Shown one piece after another: positions 51,078 to 60,586 of a DNA stretch of 64,000 bases. Source of the stretch: Ostreococcus lucimarinus (taxonomy: Eukaryota); assembly GCA_000092065.1 (NCBI GenBank), contig CP000592.1, one strand, 5' to 3'. The notes beneath the pieces were generated by a model. That model was given only the letters and a program-made list of their open reading frames with translations, ran no database searches and was not told where the DNA came from. Position numbers and translations under genes: made by a program. How positions within the stretch are numbered: position 1 is the first letter of the stretch; the number at the start of each line of letters is the position of its first letter.

Positions 51078-54000
51078 CTATGAGAGCGTGCCTATTGCTT
51101 CGAAGTCATTCAGCATGTTACGCGAATGCACGGCTTCGAAGATTTTCGTACCGTCGCCTCCGCCGTATCGCAAAATTGCGTCGGCGCCGGCGGGATGGTC
51201 ATCCAAGAAATCGGTAAAGTCGTAAACACGGCCGTACAAAGCCACCCAGCAGTCATCCGCGGAGGCGTGTTTAGCGAGTTCCTCATGCGTGATAATGCGA
51301 TCTCGTTTCGGTATCTTCAGTTTCGGTACCTCCGTCGCGGCAGATGGCGCATCCGTGTTTGAGACAATGTTCACGTTCGTGCCGACGAGCCGCCCGAACA
51401 CCGCGCACTCAGTGAGCGCATTTCCACCTAGACGATTCTTGCCGTGCACACCACCGATGATTTCCCCAGCGGCAAATAATCCAGCGACGGGCGTTCCATC
51501 AGCTCGCACGACTCGTCCATAGCTATCAACCTTGACACCACCCATGGTGTAATGTACCACTGGCGTGACTCGCCCGGCGTAAAACGGCCCAGAAACTTTG
51601 AAAGGCGCGTTAGCAAAGTATGTCTTGTTGAATTCATCGAGACCCGCATTGGCTTGGTCGTTGTACTGCTCCAACGTCGCACGAAGCTGAGACTCCGTCG
51701 TGTTTCCACGGACGGACATCCACTTCGTCAAATCCGCGAGTGTGTCGAACTTGGTCATCAGGTTCTTCTTCACGTAAAGCGGCACATGCTTGTTCGCTTC
51801 GCTCGCGCCTTTTTCATCAAGCAGTAACACGAAGTCGAGCTTTTCTGCGTCTTCTTCTTGCATGCGAGCGCTGACGTAATCACGCGTGCCAAGCTCGTTG
51901 GCAAATCGTTTACCCGAACGATTCAATAGAATACCACCCGCACCTCGGAGTAATTCTGCGGCAAGCGTTTTCGTGTCGGCGCCCTCGTCTTCAGGATTGA
52001 TGAAGCCCGTGGGATGTACTTGAACGCGTTGCATGTCAACAGCACCAGCGCCTAATCCAAAAGCGAGCTTGTGTCCATCACCGGTCGTGCCTTTCGTGTT
52101 TGTCGTGGCGAACTTTGTGAGCTGAGGCGCGTACTTGCTCAGTAATGCGTCTTCTCCTTGCTTGTCATTCGAGTATCCCCCGGTGGCGAGCAGCACGTGG
52201 CGTGCTCTGACTTCGCCGCCTACATTACTACCATTCGAACCATCGGATGGCGTCCAACGCACGGCATTGATCGCGCCATCTTCAGCAGTGATTATTTCAC
52301 TCACCCTAGCCTTTTTCACCACTTTAAATCGCCCAGATTGAATGTAGTCTTCGCATTTCCCTTTGAGTGCGAAAACGAGAGACGATCCCGCCATACCTTC
52401 GTTCGGTCTGTACGTACGAGCGTAGCTGTGCCCTCCAAGCCTCGAAAGTAGGCTTAAATCGGCGCCAACGCGTCGACGAAGCCATTCAATCGTGGCACCA
52501 GCCTGGCTAGTGAGCGTCGGGATATGTTCGACGGTTTCGGGATCGAGATTTTCGCGACCGTTGCCGTTTCCGTAGGAGGATTTTTCGCAGTCGTCTGAAT
52601 ACGCTTCGACGCTGTCGGGATTATCTTCAAACGAAGTCTTGATCACTCCGTTGATCCCCGAAGACGCCCACTGAGAATTACCACCAACATATGCCTCTTT
52701 CTCTACCAACGTCACCCTACCGCCACGATCGAGCACGGTGAGTGAAGCCGTCAAGCCCGCTAAACCGCCGCCGACGACGACCAAGTCAACCGGGGGGTCA
52801 TCTTCAATGCCGCCTTTGGGTAGGGGTACGCCGAGTGCGCGAAGCGCGTGTTCGATGAATCTCCACGGCATGCTCTCAGCGTAGTACTTTGCTAAGACGA
52901 CAACTTTTGGATTATCCTCGAGCATTGCGCTCACGATGGCTGCCTCTGATTCTGGCGTCAACGCGCCAGATTTCACGTACGTCGCGGTAGCTGCAATCGC
53001 CGCCTCCAGTGGGCTCTGCTCCACCTTTTGACCGCCTTCAGTTTCGCGCAGATGTAAACCAACGCTTTCCAAATCTACTGAGCTCTTCAACGCGTCCTGC
53101 CTCGCCGCATTCATGAGTTCGGGCACTTTGCGAATGGCGTGACTAAACTTTGCAATGGTGTTCACAAGAGCCACCACCTCTTGCTTGTTCAAAGAAGACT
53201 CCAAGAGATCTTCGGGCAAGAGCAAGACTTTCAACGCCGAACCAAGACCCAAGAGTTGAAGTTTACCGTGAAGCTTGCACTTTTGACACGAAATGCAGTC
53301 CATGACTTCGCTAATGTTCAAGAAGATGTCTTTGAACTGGCTCTTCAGCGACACCGGCGCGAGAAGCTCTTCTCCCACTCCGCTGATCATTCCCGAGTTC
53401 GCACTCAACGTCGACTGCACATCGCGAAAAAGAGACTTTTCATCGAAAGCACCGAAGACATCGCGACAAGACGACAAAATGTGGCTTTCCAGCAAGCGAC
53501 TCATCAAAGCGTGCGTTCGCTCGTCCTCTTCGGCGTCTTGACCGATGCGAACGTCCATCTTCGACAGCGCCGGGGCCGCCTTACGAAGCGCTCTCAAGAG
53601 GACGACGAAAGAAAAGTGCAAGTTTTTCAGACGTTCTGGGTGCTTGGCGAATATTTCCACGAACTTTTTGGGATCGCTTCCCCACTCCGTTTCCCCGAGC
53701 GCGCGTTTCGGAGGCTTGGAGTGAAGCGCGATGTGGATGTTGATGCTCGAATGCATGCCGGACAAAAGGCGATACAGCACCCGCTCTTCGTAGCACATTT
53801 CATCCACGCTCGACGCCGACTTTAAGCAATTCTCTTCGTAAATGGCCCGCCAAACGTGCGATCCGTTGTATCCAGTCCATCGCTCTGGATTCAGCTGCAA
53901 GTTTACGTACTCTGTTTGCTCCTCGGGCGCAAACTTGTGGCACATGTCCGTCCAAAACGTCGGCAAATCCTCATCCGAGCATTCCGTTTCCGGGACGTCG

Positions 54001-54593
54001 ATGGACGTCAACGCCTCCGCCTCGGGCGTACTGATGGTTCGATCAACGCTATCCGTCACCGGGCTCCGCAGCGTCGGTTCCGAGCCATCCTTATGTTCCA
54101 AATCTAGCGAGCACATCGTCTTCGGCGGCGACGCCGACGACGACGACGCGAACGGGGCGGAAGAAAAACCACCACCGCCGTGACCACCGTCACCGAACGC
54201 CGCGGTCGCACCGGACGGCGCCTCGCACGACGGCTCCGTCTCCGTCTTCGTCTCCGCGCCTTCCGTCGCCTTCCAAAACTTACACGTCCGTTTCAAATCC
54301 ACTTGAAACAACCTAAAATACGTCGTATTCGTCAACTCACTGAGAATAGAGTGTAACTGCGCCTCGTTCGCGCCCTCGACGTCCTCCACGTCGCACGACG
54401 CGTCCCCGACCGCGCCTCGCACCGCGTCGCGCGAGCGCGTCTCGCCTTCGCCTTCCCCTTCGCCCGTCGCCACCCCCGCGCCCCGCGCGCCGACGCTCGA
54501 CGCCACCGCGACGACCGCGATCGCGCCCACGAGCACCATCCACCATCGTCCGCGTCGTTCGCGTCCGCGTCCGCGCGTCCGCGTCGTCGCCAT
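51078..54593 (-). CDS. Tri-domain fusion of ERO1 (ER oxidoreductin), a soluble FAD-dependent fumarate reductase (OSM1/FRD-type) and cytochrome b5
   Basis: One uninterrupted 1171-codon frame starts at ATG 54593. The signal-anchor is [23 protein letters not shown]1 motifs are [16 protein letters not shown] and [12 protein letters not shown] (~54395-53124). FRD motifs are [40 protein letters not shown] and NRLGGNAL (~52790-51369). The b5 domain reads [22 protein letters not shown] (~51299-51081). Confidence 0.85.
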   Translation of the reverse strand: MATTRTRGRGRERRGRWWMVLVGAIAVVAVASSVGARGAGVATGEGEGEGETRSRDAVRGAVGDASCDVEDVEGANEAQLHSILSELTNTTYFRLFQVDLKRTCKFWKATEGAETKTETEPSCEAPSGATAAFGDGGHGGGGFSSAPFASSSSASPPKTMCSLDLEHKDGSEPTLRSPVTDSVDRTISTPEAEALTSIDVPETECSDEDLPTFWTDMCHKFAPEEQTEYVNLQLNPERWTGYNGSHVWRAIYEENCLKSASSVDEMCYEERVLYRLLSGMHSSINIHIALHSKPPKRALGETEWGSDPKKFVEIFAKHPERLKNLHFSFVVLLRALRKAAPALSKMDVRIGQDAEEDERTHALMSRLLESHILSSCRDVFGAFDEKSLFRDVQSTLSANSGMISGVGEELLAPVSLKSQFKDIFLNISEVMDCISCQKCKLHGKLQLLGLGSALKVLLLPEDLLESSLNKQEVVALVNTIAKFSHAIRKVPELMNAARQDALKSSVDLESVGLHLRETEGGQKVEQSPLEAAIAATATYVKSGALTPESEAAIVSAMLEDNPKVVVLAKYYAESMPWRFIEHALRALGVPLPKGGIEDDPPVDLVVVGGGLAGLTASLTVLDRGGRVTLVEKEAYVGGNSQWASSGINGVIKTSFEDNPDSVEAYSDDCEKSSYGNGNGRENLDPETVEHIPTLTSQAGATIEWLRRRVGADLSLLSRLGGHSYARTYRPNEGMAGSSLVFALKGKCEDYIQSGRFKVVKKARVSEIITAEDGAINAVRWTPSDGSNGSNVGGEVRARHVLLATGGYSNDKQGEDALLSKYAPQLTKFATTNTKGTTGDGHKLAFGLGAGAVDMQRVQVHPTGFINPEDEGADTKTLAAELLRGAGGILLNRSGKRFANELGTRDYVSARMQEEDAEKLDFVLLLDEKGASEANKHVPLYVKKNLMTKFDTLADLTKWMSVRGNTTESQLRATLEQYNDQANAGLDEFNKTYFANAPFKVSGPFYAGRVTPVVHYTMGGVKVDSYGRVVRADGTPVAGLFAAGEIIGGVHGKNRLGGNALTECAVFGRLVGTNVNIVSNTDAPSAATEVPKLKIPKRDRIITHEELAKHASADDCWVALYGRVYDFTDFLDDHPAGADAILRYGGGDGTKIFEAVHSRNMLNDFEAIGTLS

Positions 54594-54627
54594 CGTCGCG
54601 AACCAATCAATCAATCCGTCGCGCGGT

Positions 54628-54710
54628 CGAACCGAACCGCGCCGAACCGCGCCGAACCGCGCCGAACCGCGCCGAACCGCGCCGAACCGCGCCGAACCGA
54701 ACCGATCCGC
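54628..54710. repeat. Tandem decamer array (GCCGAACCGC), 5 exact plus 2 near copies
   Basis: Exact copies of gccgaaccgc start at 54641, 54651, 54661, 54671 and 54681. They are flanked by accgaaccgc and gccgaaccga. The array lies 35-117 nt upstream of ATG 54593 of the ERO1-fusion gene (minus strand). Confidence 0.95.
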
Positions 54711-55294
54711 GACGCCCGCCCGCCCCCTCGCCCGCGCCCCCCCGCGCGCGCGTCGCTCGCGTCGCGCGATGCCGCCGCGATCGGTCGCCCGCGCCGTCTC
54801 CATCGCACATTCGTCGATCGCTCGTTCGCGTCGATCGACGATCGACCGATCGCCCGTTCGACGCGCGATCGGTCGAACGGCCCTCGGGGGCGAAACACAC
54901 CACCGCGGGCGGACCCGAAACACCGCGACAGCGGACCAAACGATGTTACGTATTTAACATTCACTTTACACTAGATGGTATTTTCCGCGACTCGCCGATC
55001 TCGACACGCGCCCGACGTCTTTCGGTCGCCGTTTCGCGCCGCGCGACGACGGCGGCGACGACGCCGCGCGACGGCGACGACGCCGCGCGACGCGACGCGA
55101 CGCGAAGAGTCGACGCTCGACGCTCGACGCTCGACGCGCGCGCGTCGCGACGCGTCGACGCGTTCGGCGCGCGTCGAGCGGCTCGGATCGGAGTTCGTTG
55201 GGCGCCGCCGCCGATCGACGATCGCGCGGGCGCGACGCGGATTCGAGGGCGCGCGCGACGCGCGGCGACGAGCGATCGACGACGATCGTCGACG

Positions 55295-56224
55295 ATGGGG
55301 AGGGGGACGGGGAGCGACGCGACGGCGCGGGCGGCGGAGGCGAGGACGAGGGCGCGGGACGACGACGCGAGGGCGGACGCGCGGGGCGACGCGAACGCGA
55401 ACGCGAACGCGAACGCGAACGCGAACGCGAACGCGGCGAGACCGCCGTATGCGGCGATGACGGTGTATCCGGCGGTGTACGGGGCGTACGATGCGATGCG
55501 AGCGATGTCGCCGATGACGTACGACGCGTACGCGGGCGCGGCGCGCGCGGTGGCGGTGCCGGGGGATTCGTTTTCGAGACAGATTCAGGAGCGGGCGTAC
55601 GCGAGCGCGTTTACGTTTACGCGGCAGTGGAATTATTTGCAACACGCGGCGGCGGCGCAGCACGCGGCGTTCGCGTCGGGGAGTCGTGGGGGTGGAACGA
55701 TGATGGATCTTCTCGCCGCCACCGGTTCGGCGGCGGCTGAGCGCGATATCGGCGTCGAGCGCGAGGTGGAGCTGAGCAAGCGACAGCGGTTGGTGTGGAC
55801 GCCGCAACTGCACGCGCAATTCATCGCGGCGGTGCAAAAGCTCGGGGTTAAGACGGCGGTGCCGAAGGCGATTATGAAAATAATGAATGTCAAAGGGTTG
55901 ACGCGTGAAAACGTCGCTTCGCATTTGCAGAAGTATCGTCTGACGCTCAAACGAGCGCAGGATAGCTCTGAATCGACCCGGGCGTCGGGAGACGCGACAG
56001 ACGCGAAGAGAAGCGACGTCCGCGCGGGACGTAAGAGGAAAGATCGCGAAGAAAAAGGTAAAACCAACAGTGGAAGCGGCCAGGGAAGCGGCCAGGGAAG
56101 TGACGGTGGAAGTGCCGAGCATAGCGCGAGTGAAAACCTCGAGAATCGCGCCAAGCGAATTTCTTCCAGCGAAGAAGAAGAGACGCGACAAATTACGCTC
56201 GCCGTCGACCACAACGACGAATAA
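55295..56224 (+). CDS. GARP (G2-like) Myb-related transcription factor
   Basis: The GARP domain is [55 protein letters not shown], containing the SHLQKYR signature. The start is uncertain between ATG 55295 and ATG 55457, the latter just after the (GCGAAC)7 array. Confidence 0.8.
   Translation: MGRGTGSDATARAAEARTRARDDDARADARGDANANANANANANANAARPPYAAMTVYPAVYGAYDAMRAMSPMTYDAYAGAARAVAVPGDSFSRQIQERAYASAFTFTRQWNYLQHAAAAQHAAFASGSRGGGTMMDLLAATGSAAAERDIGVEREVELSKRQRLVWTPQLHAQFIAAVQKLGVKTAVPKAIMKIMNVKGLTRENVASHLQKYRLTLKRAQDSSESTRASGDATDAKRSDVRAGRKRKDREEKGKTNSGSGQGSGQGSDGGSAEHSASENLENRAKRISSSEEEETRQITLAVDHNDE
55391..55435. repeat. Hexanucleotide array (GCGAAC)7
   Basis: The sequence gcgaac repeats 7 times. 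It encodes (AN)7 if ATG 55295 is used, or lies 22-66 nt upstream of ATG 55457. Confidence 0.95.
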
Positions 56225-56410
56225 TTAGCGCAGCACGCGCTTGTATGTAGACTACGCCGACGCTCGATGATTCACAGGGCGCGCAAGAACGCCGAAATCG
56301 TCGACATCACCCTCCAATTTTGTTGTAAACAAGAGACAAGCACAATTTCTATGCACACGATGCAATGTCTGAACTACAATTTCTAAACTCTACGCGACGG
56401 ATCGATAGAT

Positions 56411-57670
56411 TCACACTTTGTTTTGCTCCTCCTCGAGAAAGTAAATCACGGGTTTGAGCTCGAACGGAAGGGGAGAAGTATTGTCGTACGCGGGCAGATC
56501 AACTGGACGTTGCGACGGCGGTAGCGACGCGTACGCCGACGCCTTGGTTCGCTTCGTGTACTCGTCTCGCAACTCCTTGACGGTTTTCAGCGCGTAAAGC
56601 AGCATCGCGTACGCTCGAGGCGGCGACTCGGGCGAGCGAGATGAACGCTTGAGCTTGGACAAAATCACTCGAAAGCAAGCCTCCATGCGATCCCACGCCT
56701 CGGTGAGCTCGGCGATTTTTCTCGTCCAATACGTATCGTGCCACGCCGCGTGTGCTTCGCCTTGCAGGTGAAACATTCTAATCCATTGAAATTCAACCTC
56801 GCGATGGACGTCGGCTAAGAACTGTATCTGTTTCGCATCCAAAGGTTTATTCTCGCGCTCTAAGTCTGGTACAATTGCGAGCGCATCGATACACCGCCTT
56901 TTGATGTACTGGAACGTATCCTTGGCCACCACGGCGACTCGATGTGTCGAAGAATATCTCGCACTCGAGCCGGTGAGCACGGCGTGATGGTGAGTGGCGT
57001 TGAACTCACCACACATGTAATACGTCGCTTTATCCTCCAAAGGCACGCAAAGCACCTCGCACTCCGCGTTCAACGCCCTCAGCGCCACTCGCCAGTCTTT
57101 TCTCTCTGGCGCCTCGTATGTGTGATACACCGCCACGGTGGAGTTTTCTCGCAACGACGAATCGCTGTGCCAACTCACCGACGTCGTCCCGAGATCGAAC
57201 TTCTCCTCATTCCGTAGCTCTATTTCGCTCTCACCCTCTGTTTCCATGTAATTAATCAGCGTCACGTTGTATTCGCACTCACTCTCCGCGAACGCTCCGC
57301 CGAGCTTTTCGCATCGCTCTCGCGCGCTCCTCGTCAGCGTCTCGTTCAACCGTCTCACCACTTCGTACGCCTCCCGTCCGCGCCACGGTTGCGCAAACAG
57401 GCGTAACTTCTGATAATGATACGTCATTCCGTCCTCACCGAGCAGGCAGCGCCGCACGTACGTCGTGGACACTTTATTTCCGGCGGAAACGACGTCGTGC
57501 GTGAATTCGCCTCGGCTGCGCATGTCGTCGAACGCGCGTTCGACGTCGTCGTGAAGCGACGCGGGAAGCACCGAGGGCGCGTCCACGACGAAACCGCGGT
57601 AGTGCGCTCGATGGACGCGCGCGAACGGTTCGCCGTCCTCGGGTTCGAGCACGGAGGATGACGGCGACAT
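56411..57670 (-). CDS. FTO: FTO-like 2-oxoglutarate/Fe(II) dioxygenase (AlkB-related nucleic-acid demethylase homologue)
   Basis: The product is collinear with human FTO. Matches include YNVTLINYM, VSWHSDSSLRENSTVAVYHTY (HxD), NATHHHAVLTGSSARYSSTHRVA (His plus 2OG-binding Arg), HREVEFQWIRMFHLQG and the C-terminal SPLPFELKPV. Confidence 0.9.
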   Translation of the reverse strand: MSPSSSVLEPEDGEPFARVHRAHYRGFVVDAPSVLPASLHDDVERAFDDMRSRGEFTHDVVSAGNKVSTTYVRRCLLGEDGMTYHYQKLRLFAQPWRGREAYEVVRRLNETLTRSARERCEKLGGAFAESECEYNVTLINYMETEGESEIELRNEEKFDLGTTSVSWHSDSSLRENSTVAVYHTYEAPERKDWRVALRALNAECEVLCVPLEDKATYYMCGEFNATHHHAVLTGSSARYSSTHRVAVVAKDTFQYIKRRCIDALAIVPDLERENKPLDAKQIQFLADVHREVEFQWIRMFHLQGEAHAAWHDTYWTRKIAELTEAWDRMEACFRVILSKLKRSSRSPESPPRAYAMLLYALKTVKELRDEYTKRTKASAYASLPPSQRPVDLPAYDNTSPLPFELKPVIYFLEEEQNKV

Positions 57671-57876
57671 GACGCGAGGGACAGTGACGGCGGCGGTTGT
57701 GTCGCGCTTTTCGCTCTGAGCAGTCGTTCGCGAACGCGCGCGAGCGGCGAAGTCATGAAGCGCGTGAAAGTGCGTGAAAGAGTTTAAATTACACGATTCT
57801 AAATGCGGTTAAGTTGCTTATTCATTTCTCGTCCAAGATCGACGGGCGATTGAGAGACTTCGGTTTCGCGGTTTGC

Positions 57877-58780
57877 TCACATGGCGGCGAAGAGCGTGGC
57901 GCCGAGTCGGGCGACGCCCATGGTGAAGTGCTTCGTGAACTCGGCAGCCTTGAAGGCGGCGGCGTGCTTACGCATCATGTAAAGGTTCATCAAGTTGTCC
58001 ACGGCGTGGAACTTGGCCACGGTGCCGAGAGATTCCTCGGGAAGGATGGTGAACATCTTCATTGTGCCCATCCAGCGAAGAAAGCCGATGGTGGCGGTCC
58101 AGTGGATTGCGATATAATCGGTGGCTTTGATCTTGGACGAGAACCAGCCCGCGACGGTGGCGTCGCCGAAGTGAAGCATGAGCATGTAGTACAACTCCAT
58201 AAGCAAAGAGGCGGCGATGATCTTTTGCTTGACAGTCTTGGAATCCGTGATAAAGTTGCGCATCGGAGTAAGACGCGTCGTACCGCGTTGCGACTCGGCG
58301 AGCAAGATAAACGTGAGCAAGCCCACCTTGGATCCCATCGCGAGCTCCTTGGTCACTTGAAGACCACCGATGCGCGACTTGGCGCCGTGGCACGACATAA
58401 CGGTGATGCGAGAGAAGCATCCGATCATCTGCGCGAATGTGAATCGGTGCAGCGTCGGCTCGGATTGCGTCCTCGCGACGTACACGAGGGCGACCATGGA
58501 CGTTAAGAGCATGATTCCGGTCGCGTGCATCATAAAGTCAGAGATAACGGTGCTCTTAAGACCGTAGTACTTCATCATCGGCTGCGCGAACGCTGTGGCA
58601 TTTAAAATCGCGTATACTCCGTCAGTTCACACCGCGCAACGGTAATTCAGTCAATTCTCCGAACGCATTCGCGCGGTCCGTCGACGCACTCGGAAGTTCG
58701 GGCATGAACTGCAGCCCGTAGCCGAAGCCCGTGGCGGCGGTGAATAACAGGGCGTTTTTTTGTGAAATCATAGTGGCCAT
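57877..58780 (-). CDS. Multi-pass membrane protein of unknown function, with candidate exons 58633-58780 and 57877-58592
   Basis: There are about 6-7 hydrophobic segments (GIMLLTSMVALVYVA, KVGLLTFILLAE, IIAASLLMELYYMLMLHF, YIAIHWTATIGFLRW). A 40-nt GT-AG interval with an internal CTGAC joins an upstream ORF in frame. If that interval is not spliced, the alternative start is ATG 58578. Confidence 0.6.
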
Positions 58781-59024
58781 CGCGCGAGTTCGTGAGCGTT
58801 TGACGCGCAAAGTTGTGAAGAGTTCGTAATTCGTTTCTCCCGCCAAAAACGTCGCTTCGATCGAATCTGAGCGCGGGGTGGGATGGATCTGCGCGAACCC
58901 AGAGGGCGAGCGAAGAGGGAGAAGAGAGAGGTTGCCTTGGCGCTGGCGCTGGTGGTAAATGAAATAGTTTACAATGTTGTGGTGATGGGTGGTGTGTGAA
59001 ACGGTAAGAGCCGGTCGAGCGCGT

Positions 59025-60293
59025 TTACTCGATGGCGCAACCGTCGGCGTCTTTCCCGTCGATAACGTTGCGCCACCGGCGATAATGTAAACCGAGCTTA
59101 TCATAAGCTACGGGATGGGCCCAAACTCGGGCACCACGCTGCATGCGGTCTTGTTGACCCGTGACTAGACGTAAATCCTCGCCGAGAACTTGGTTCGCCA
59201 TCTCGGTCCAGATGTATTCGATGCCCGGGACGTATTGGGCCCACGAGGCAAAATCGAGGGACATACGGTAGAGCAAACGCGTGTGACCTGGAGTGCTAGG
59301 CAAGCACACGTGGAGCTGATGCAAGTGCTTCTCGCACTCCAACGCGCTGACACCTTCCTTAAACTGCGCACCCTTACCCACTGCGCCCGCTTGCGCCAAG
59401 CCAATGTGGCTGTCAACCATGCACGGCGCCAAAAACTTCATGTCGATGGGGTACGGTTTCCAGCTCCCTTCGCTGCGACCGTTGGCGAGAAAGTTACCCA
59501 TATCGTGCCACCCGTCGCCGTCTTTTCTTAATTTGCGAGACGCAAACTTGACCATGTTTGGCACGCCCCAACCCTTGGCAAAGGTGCCGGTGTGCGTAAA
59601 CGGCGCGTGCGCCAAATCGAGCAAGTTCTCCATCAACAACCCGTGTTCGACGGGAACGTCCTCGATGATGAGTTCTGCGTGAATGGTGTACCCTTCTGGC
59701 GCCGCAAAGTGCGACGGAAGCTCCTCCGTGGGTCCACAATTCATCGAAGGCCACACCATGACGAGCCCGTCCCTCGTCCCCGTCGCCAGCATCGTACGCG
59801 GACTCTTCTTACTCTCGCATTCGTACTGCCCTTCCGCAACCTTGCGCACCACCCACGTCTCATCTAGCAAAACAACCTCGACTTCTTCGTCGATTTCCTT
59901 AAACTTGCTCTCAAACATCACCGGATACCAAAACTCCCGAATCTTACTCTCCTCCCGCGGCGTCTCCAACGAGCTCTCGTCGCAAAACACCCGACGCATC
60001 CCCGGTCGCACCTTTCGACTCACCGCCGCCGCGCTCGTCGCGACGCTCTCCACTTCCGTCTTCACCACGAATCTCTCATCCGCGACGACGCGCGTATCGT
60101 TCGAATCCGTCACCGCTCGCGTCCGCGTCGTCCTCGCCGTCGATCGCGTCCGTACCTTCCCGTCGTCTCTCCCTCGCCCGACCCTCTCTCTTCGCGCCCT
60201 TTCTCCCGCGCGCGCGCCCGTCGACGTCGGCGCTCGCATCGCGCGCATCTTCACCGTCCCTCGTCCCCGTTCGCTCGTCCGCGCGCGTCGCAC
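59025..60293 (-). CDS. CAO: Chlorophyllide a oxygenase-like protein retaining the mononuclear-iron domain but lacking Rieske [2Fe-2S] ligands
   Basis: There is a strong collinear match to plant CAO. Matching segments are EFWYPV, VEHGLLMENLLDLAHAPFTHTGTFAKGW, PYPIDMKF, HLHQLHVCLPS..TRLLYRMSLDFA, QVLGEDLRLV.GQQ.RM and PVAYDKLG..YR.WRN. The CxH...CxxH Rieske segment is replaced by ECESKKSPRTMLATG. The start is ATG 60293, 60248 or 60239. Confidence 0.88.
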   Translation of the reverse strand: MRRARTSERGRGTVKMRAMRAPTSTGARAGERARRERVGRGRDDGKVRTRSTARTTRTRAVTDSNDTRVVADERFVVKTEVESVATSAAAVSRKVRPGMRRVFCDESSLETPREESKIREFWYPVMFESKFKEIDEEVEVVLLDETWVVRKVAEGQYECESKKSPRTMLATGTRDGLVMVWPSMNCGPTEELPSHFAAPEGYTIHAELIIEDVPVEHGLLMENLLDLAHAPFTHTGTFAKGWGVPNMVKFASRKLRKDGDGWHDMGNFLANGRSEGSWKPYPIDMKFLAPCMVDSHIGLAQAGAVGKGAQFKEGVSALECEKHLHQLHVCLPSTPGHTRLLYRMSLDFASWAQYVPGIEYIWTEMANQVLGEDLRLVTGQQDRMQRGARVWAHPVAYDKLGLHYRRWRNVIDGKDADGCAIE

Positions 60294-60586
60294 GACGCGA
60301 ATGCGTTCGCTCGATTCGTTTGGATACGCTATCCACGATCGCGACGCGCGCGACGCGAAACGCGCGCGCGCGTCGCGTCGTCGCGCGTCGCGCGTCGGCT
60401 ATCCCGAGCGGAGGCGTCTTCGGGCGACCGCGCGTCGACCGGGCGCGCGCGCGGGCGTGCGCGACGGCGTGTGACGCGGCGCGCGCGCGCGTATCCCGGT
60501 ATCCCGGTTGGCGCGCTGCGCTGGCGCCGCGCGAGGTGTGATTTCGTGCATTTTTGGATTTTTGATTTCGCATCCGTCCGTCTGCG

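Noticed and set aside
54971-56214. A 413-aa minus-strand ORF (54971-56212) and a second minus-strand ORF (55633-56214) opposite the GARP gene
   Set aside because: The translation is dominated by R/V/P repeats generated by reading the (GCGAAC)n and GC-rich sequence antisense. The plus-strand frame has the SHLQKYR GARP domain.
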